Shown piece by piece: positions 53,403-64,000 of a stretch of 64,000 nt of DNA (the first letter of the stretch is position 1; the number at the start of each line of letters is the position of its first letter). This stretch comes from the human T2T-CHM13v2.0 reference genome, Homo sapiens, in NCBI RefSeq assembly GCF_009914755.1, contig NC_060930.1; one strand, given 5' to 3'. A program made the translations under genes and the position numbers. The notes below the pieces were generated by a model. The model searched no databases. It was not told the DNA's origin and was given only the letters and a program-made list of their open reading frames with translations.

Positions 53403-55688
53403 TGATATGGTTTGATTGTGTCCCCACCCAAATCTCATCTTGAATTGTAGATCTTATAATTCCCACGTGTCATGGGAGGGACCCAGTGGGAGGCAATTTA
53501 ATCATGGGCTGGGTGGTGGGGGCAGTCTTTCCCATGCTGTTTTTGTAATTGTCAATAATTCCCATGAGATCTGATGATTTTATAAAGGGGAGTTCCCCTG
53601 CACAGTTTCTCTCTTGCCTGCTGCCGTGTAAGATATGACTTTGTTCTTTTACCTTGCACCATGATTATGAGGCCACCCCAGCCATGGGGAACTGTGAATC
53701 AGTCAAGCCCCTTTTCTTTATGAATTACCCAGTCCCGGGTATGTCTTCATTAGCAGCATGAGAACAGACTAATACAGTAAATTGGAACTGGTAGAGTGGG
53801 GTTCTTCTGTACAGATACCTGAAAATGTGGAAATGACTTTGGAACTGGGTAACGGGCAGGGGTTGAAACAGGCTGAAGGACTCAGAAGAAGATAGGAAAA
53901 TGTGGGAAAGTTTGGAACTTCCTAGAGACTTACTGAATGGCTTTGGACAAAATGCTAATAGTGATATGGACAATAAGGTCCAGGCTGAGGTGGTCTCAGA
54001 TGGAGATAAAGAACTTATTGCAAACTGGAATAAAGGCTAGTCTTGCTATACAAAGAGACTGGCAGCATTTTGCCCCTGCCCTGGATGTCTGTGGAACTTT
54101 GAACTTAAGGGAGATGATTTAGGGCATCTGGCGGAAGAAATTTCTAAGCATCAAAATATTCAAAAGGTGACAGCATAAAAGTTTGGAAAATTTGCAGCCT
54201 GACAATGCAATAGAAAAGAAAACACATTTTCTAGGGAGAAATTCAAGCCTGCTGCAGAAATTTGCATAAGTAACAAGGAACCAAATGCTAATCACCAATA
54301 CAATGGAGAAAATGTCTCCAGGGAATGTCAGAGACCTTTGTGGCAGCCCCTCCTATCACAGGTCCAGATGCCTAGAGAAAAAAAAGTGAATTCTTGGGCT
54401 GGGCCCAGGCACCCCCTGCTGTGTGCAGCCTAGGGACTCAGTGTCCTGCATCCCAGCTGCTCTAGCCATGGCTAAAAGGGGCCAAGGTACAGCTTTGGCC
54501 ATGGCTTTAGAGGGTATAATCCCCAAGTCTTGGCAGCTTCTATGTGGTGTTGATCCTGCAGTTGCACAGAAGTAAAGAATTGAGGTTTGGGAACCTCTGC
54601 TTAGATTTCAGATAATGTATGGAAATGCCTGGATGTCCAGGCAGAGGTGTGCTGCAGAGGCAGAGCCCCCATGGAGAACCTCTGCTAGAGTAGTGCAGAG
54701 CGAAATGTGGGGTTGGAGACTCCACACAGAGTCCCCACTGGGGCACTGCCTAATGGAGCTGTGAGAAGAGGCCACTGTTCTCCAGACCCCAGAATGGTAG
54801 ATTCATCAACAGCTTGCACTGTGCACCAGTAAAAGACACAGACACTCAACACCAGCCCATGAAAGCAGCCAGAAGTGGGGCTGTATCCTGCAAAGCCACA
54901 GGGGCAAAGCATCCCAAGGCTCTGGGAGCCCATCTCTTGCACCAGCGTAACCTTGGTGTGAGACATGTTGTCAAAGGAGGTCATTTTGGAATTTTAAGGC
55001 TTAATGAATGCCCTATTGGACTTTGGACTTGCATGGAGCCCATAGCCCCTTTGTTTTGGCCAATTTCTCCCATTTGGAATGAGTATATTTACCTAATGCC
55101 TGTACCCCCATTGTATTTCTAACTTACTTTTGATTTTACAGGCTTATAGGTGGAAAGGACTTGCCTTGTCTCAGATGATACTTTGGACTGTGGACTTTTG
55201 AGTTAATGCTAAAATGAGTTAAGACTTTGGGAGACTGGTGGGAAGACATGATTGGTTTTAAAACATGAGGACATGAGATTTGGGAGGGGCCGGGGTGGAA
55301 TGGTATGGTTTGACTGTGTCCCCACCCAAATCTCATCTTTAATTGTAGCTCCCATAACTCTCATGTGTTGTGGGAGGGACCTAATGGGAGATAATTGAAT
55401 CATGGGGATGGGTTTTTCCTATGCTGTTCTTGTGACAGTAAATAAGTCTCATGAGATCTGATGTTTTATAAGCTCACACATACACTCTATCTCTTGCCTG
55501 CCACCATATAAGATGTAACTTTGCTCCTTTGACTTCTGCCATGATTGTGAGGCCTCCCCAGCCATGTGGAGCTGTGAGTCAAGGAGGAAAAAAAGTCAAA
55601 GAGGTTCCTGTTCTAAAGGAATCTCTTTCCTTTATAAGTTAATCAGTCTTGGGTATATTTTTATTATGACATGAGACAGACACAAACA
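53403..55688 (+). mobile_element. Complete THE1 (B/C-like) provirus: 5' LTR 53403-53776, internal 53777-55300, 3' LTR 55301-55688
   Basis: TGATATGGTTTG...GACTAATACA LTR, THE1-int, polypurine tract GGGAGGGGCCGGGGTGGAA, TSD AGTAT/AGTAG. Confidence 0.95.
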
Positions 55689-56544
55689 AGTAGTAAGATA
55701 TTAAGTTTTATCATTTATGAAGACCTAAAATTCTATGCTATAATTTGCTGATTTATAAAAAATAATAATTTTATATTTATTTGCTAACACCATATGATGA
55801 TTTGCACTCAAATAGATGTCTAATATTCTACCTACTACATGGAGGCCTAAACTCAGGTCCGTTTTCTTGTTGTTGAAGTTTAAGTCAATTTTATAAATAA
55901 CACAATTCATTTTTTATTTTAAAGGCAGTGTCAGGGTGTCTAGTTTCTTTCTTTTATGAAAAGAAAATAGAAGTTAAACTTTTGTACAGTAACCATAAGA
56001 ATTCAGACTAAAATCTGCTAATTCATTGGGAACAGAAAGAGTTGAAAGTACAAACTAAAAAGAATTTTCAAAGGCTCTCTAAAGAAAAGAGAGAGAATCA
56101 GAGAAGAAAGGATTTTATCTCACAACTGTGCTTTTTGAATAACATTTTATCTGTGCAGATGAAATGAATTGATTTATTTTATCAAATATCACAAGGAAAA
56201 CTCTCTCTGCTTCATTAGGAGAAACAATAACCTGAATCCTGCAATATTTCTTTAACACATCAGCATCTTTTAAAAGAACTTTCATTGTGTTGTAGGAGAA
56301 AAATCACATGTAGCCCAAGAGTCATGTTCAATTAATTGTTCCAGTTGTTTGTATTTGTGTGTTGCTTCTTCTGTAGAAAGTGCCTCATCACATGGTAAGG
56401 AATTAACTATATCACCAAAATTAGGTACAAATATATTCCCTAAGGATGTAAATTACTAGGGAGTGCTCCCAAAGCATTCCCCATACATCCCTGGTGACCG
56501 TATTCTTCTTCAGTCTCATACCCTATAATGTGGCGGAAGGGAAT

Positions 56545-56935
56545 CATGCAGTTGCACAAGGTCCCCTCAAAAGAGTCTCACACTAGGTTTAGTGTTTTGC
56601 TGTTACCTAGTTGAAGTTATTTGTAATTACATCTTTTCATTTACTTTTTTTTAAGTGAAGTCCAGTGGGGCAATGGAGGATATACATGAAGAGAGGAGAT
56701 ATGTACAATATGCATGTCCTTAATCACTTCCTTCTTTATTTGCATATACCACACATCATGGCCCATGAGCACAGGATGCACCATAAGGAAAGGTGTCCAT
56801 GAGCACAGGATGCCCGTGAGCAAAAGATCTCCATAAGCATGGGGCATTCATGACCATAAGGTGCCTGATGCACACTGGGTACATGGGACATCAGAGAGAC
56901 TCAAAATGAAAACAAGGTAAATTTGTTTCATATAT
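56545..56935. mobile_element. Zaphod-like hAT-Tip100 DNA transposon fragment
   Basis: GGTTTAGTGTTTTGCTGTTACC, TAAGTGAAGTCCAGTGGGGCAATGGAG, GAGACTCAAAATGAAAACAAGGTAA. Confidence 0.65.
56762..56863 (+). repeat. Degenerate 17-bp tandem repeat, 6 copies
   Basis: CCCATGAGCACAGGATG / CACCATAAGGAAAGGTG / TCCATGAGCACAGGATG / CCCGTGAGCAAAAGATC / TCCATAAGCATGGGGCA / TTCATGACCATAAGGTG. Confidence 0.8.
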
Positions 56936-56980
56936 GAATAATTAGCGCATTCTAGTGCTGCTATAAAGAAATAATAGAGA

Positions 56981-57301
<321 letters not shown>

Positions 57302-57326
57302 TTATGAAGAAAAGAGGTTTAATTTG

Positions 57327-58338
57327 GGAGTAGGTTCCAAGATGGCCGAATAGGAACAGCCCAGTCTACAGCTCCCAGCGTGAGTGATGCAGAAGATGGG
57401 TGATTTCTGCATTTCCAACTGAGATACCGGGTTCATCTCCCTGGGGCTTGTCGGACAGTGGGTGCAGCCCACGGAGGGTGAGCCGAAGCAGGGTGGGTCA
57501 TCACCTCACCAGGGAAGTGCAAGAGGTTGTGGAATTCCCTTTCCTAGCCAAGGGAAGTCATGACAGACAGTACCTGGAAAATCGGGACCCTCCCACCCTA
57601 ATACTGCACTTTTTCAATGGTCTTAGCAAATGGCACACCAGGAGATTATATCCTGCTCCTGACTAGGAGGGTCCCATGCCCACGGAGCCTCACTCACTGC
57701 TAGCACAGCAGTCTGACATAGAACTGCAAGGCAGCAGCGAGGCTGGGGGAGGAGCACCCACCATTGCTGAGGCTTGAGTAGGTAAACAAAGTGGCAGGGA
57801 AGCTCGAACTGGGTGGAGCCCATTGCAGTTCAAGGAGGCCTGTCTGCCTTTGAAGACTCCATCTCTGGGGAAAGGGTATAGCTGAACAAAAGGCAGCAGA
57901 AACTTCTGCAGACTTAAATGTCCCTGTCTGACAGCTTTGAAGAGAGTAGTGGTTCTCCCAGCATGGAGTTTGAGATCTGAGAATGGACAGACTGCCTCAT
58001 CAAGTGGGTCCCTGACCACTGAGTAGCCTAACTGGGAGGCATCTCCCAGTAGGGGCTAACTGACACTCATATGGCTGGGTGCCCCTTTGAGATGTAGCTT
58101 CCAGAGGAACAATCAGACAGCAACATTTGCCATTCTGCAATATTTGCTGTTCTGCTGCCTCCGCTGGTGATACCCAGGCAAAAAGTGTCTGGAGTGGACA
58201 TCCAGCAAACTCCAACAAATCTACAACTGAGGGTCCTGACTGTTAGAAGAAAAACTAACAAACAGAAAGGACATCCACACCAAAACCCCATCTGTACGTT
58301 ACCATCATCAAAGACCAAAGGTAGATACAACCACAAAG
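57327..58338. promoter_or_regulatory. L1 5'UTR containing the sense and antisense promoter region (CpG-decayed)
   Basis: Position upstream of the ORF1 ATG and intact YY1 motif CAAGATGGCC; activity is not shown by the sequence. Confidence 0.6.
57690..57764 (-). pseudogene. Truncated L1 ORF0 (24 aa)
   Basis: MVGAPPPASLLPCSSMSDCCASSE* matches the primate ORF0 N-terminus MAGAPPPASLPPCSLISDCCAS as recalled. Confidence 0.75.
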
Positions 58339-59363
58339 ATGGGGAGAAACGAGAGCAGAAAAGGTGAAAATTCTGAAAATCAGAGCACCTCTTCTCCTCC
58401 AAAGGAATGCAGCTCCTCAACAGCAACAGAACAAAGCTGGACAGAGAATGACTTTGATGAGTTGAGAGAAGAAGGCTTCAGACGGTCGGTAATAACAAAC
58501 TTTTCTGTGCTAAAGGAGGATGTTCAAACCCATCACAAAGAAGCTAAAAACCTTGGAAAAAGATTAGACAAATGGCTAACTAGAATAAACAGCATAGAGA
58601 AGACCTTAAATGACCTGATGGAGCTGAAAACCATGGCACAAGAACTACGTGACACATGTACAAGCTTCAGTAGCTGATTCAATCAACTGGAAGAAAGGGT
58701 ATCAGTGATTGAAGACCAAATGAATGAAATGAAGTGAGAAGAGAAGTTTAGAGAAAAAAGAGTAAAAAGAAATGAACAAAGACTCCAAGAAATATGGGAC
58801 CATGGGAAAAGATAAAATCTACCTCTGATTGGTGTACCTGAAAGTGATGGGGAGAATGCAACCAAGTTGGAAAACACTCTTCAGGACATTATCCAGGAGA
58901 ACTTCCCTAACCTAGCAAGGCAGGCCAACATTCAAATTCAGGAAATGCAGAGAACTCCACAAAATACTCCTCAAGAAGAGCAACTCCAAGACACATAATT
59001 GTCAGATTCACCAAAGTTGAAATGAAGGAAAAAATGTTAAGGGCAGCCAGAGAGAAAGGTCGGGTTACCCACAAATGGAAGCCCATCAGACTAACAGCGG
59101 ATGTCTCAGCAGAAACTCTACAAGCCAGAAGAGAGTGGGGGCCAATATTCAACATTCTTAAAGAAAAGAATTTTCAACCCAGAATTTCATATCTAGCCAA
59201 ACTAAGCTTCATAAGTGAAGGTGAAATAAAATCTTTTACAGACAAGCAAATGCTGAGAGATTTTGTCACCACCAGGCTTGCCCTACAAGAGCTCCTGAAG
59301 GAAGCACTAAACATGGAAAGGAACAACCAGTACCAGCCACTGTAAAAACATGCCAAATTGTAA
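58339..59363 (+). pseudogene. L1 ORF1 with premature stop (TGA at 58675) and later lesions
   Basis: ORFs 58339..58677 and 59022..59345 match L1 ORF1p (WTENDFDEL, LQARREWGPIF, PRISYLAKLSF). Confidence 0.93.
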
Positions 59364-59426
59364 AGACCCTCGAGTCTAGGAAGAAACTGCATCAACTAAC
59401 AAGCAAAATAACCAGCTAACATCATA

Positions 59427-63254
<3,828 letters not shown>

Positions 63255-64000
63255 ACAATGAGAACACGTGGACACAGGATGAGAACTTCACACACCAGGG
63301 CCTGTCGTGGAGTAGGGGGAGCGGGGAGGGATAGCATTAGGAGATATACCTAATGTAAATGATGAGTTAATGGGTGGAGCACAGCAACATGGACCATGTA
63401 TACATATGTAACAAACCTGCACATTGTGCACATGTACCCTAGAACTTAAAGTATAATAATAAAAAAAGAGGTTTAATTTGCTTATTGTTCCACAAGCTGT
63501 ATAGAAGGCAAGATGCTGGCACCTGGTTGGCCTTGGAAGTTACTTGGAAGCCCCAGGAAACTTACAATTATGACAGGAGGTGAAGGGGAAGCAGGGATGT
63601 CTTACAAGGCCAGAGCAGGAGCAAGAGAGAGCAAGGAGTGGGGGCTGCTACACACTTTTAAACAACCAGATCTCATGTTAACTCACTCACTCACTATCAC
63701 AATAACAGCAGCAAGGGGATAGTGCTAAACCATTAGTGATAACTCCACACCCATGATCCAATTACCTTCCACCAGGCCCCTCTTCCAACAATGGAGATTA
63801 AAATGTGACATAAGTTTTCGGCTGGGACACAGATTCTAACCATATCATTCCACTCTTGGTCCTTCTCAAATACCATGTACTTCTCACATTTCAAAATACA
63901 GTCATGCCTTCCCAACAGTCTCCCAAGGTCTTACCTCATTCCAGCATTAACTCAAAAGTCCAAAGCCCAAAGTCTTATCTGAGACAAGGCAAGTCCTTTC

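Noticed and set aside
56762-56863. 17-bp periodic array as a CRISPR-like array
   Set aside because: No unique spacers, degenerate units, eukaryotic context and no cas genes

Overview
This window is AT-rich, CpG-depleted primate (human-like) genomic DNA from an intergenic or deep-intronic region, roughly three quarters interspersed repeats. I cannot support any intact protein-coding gene, RNA gene or CRISPR array. Almost all ORFs in the track are decayed LINE-1, MaLR or Alu frames. Main elements: a near full-length old L1 (L1MA-like, ~4275-14250) carrying a complete THE1 provirus and an Alu; a DNA-transposon/LTR cluster (26.5-30.2 kb); a five-layer nest L1MB > MST/MLT1A LTR > MSTB provirus > THE1 provirus > Alu (32-40.5 kb); a third THE1 provirus (53403-55688); and a full-length 6.1-kb L1PA with a perfect 17-bp TSD (57327-63463) inside an MST LTR. 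The most notable signals not explained by repeat labels are three. (1) A 31-bp near-perfect inverted repeat with nested palindromes at 15254-15385. (2) Position-matched shared variants between two separately inserted THE1 proviruses 24 kb apart, suggesting ectopic gene conversion. (3) A set of minus-strand candidate exons in the unique DNA, all 3n in length, possibly from a lncRNA, an unrecognised gene or a unitary pseudogene. Repeat subfamily names come from recalled consensus sequences and need RepeatMasker/Dfam confirmation.
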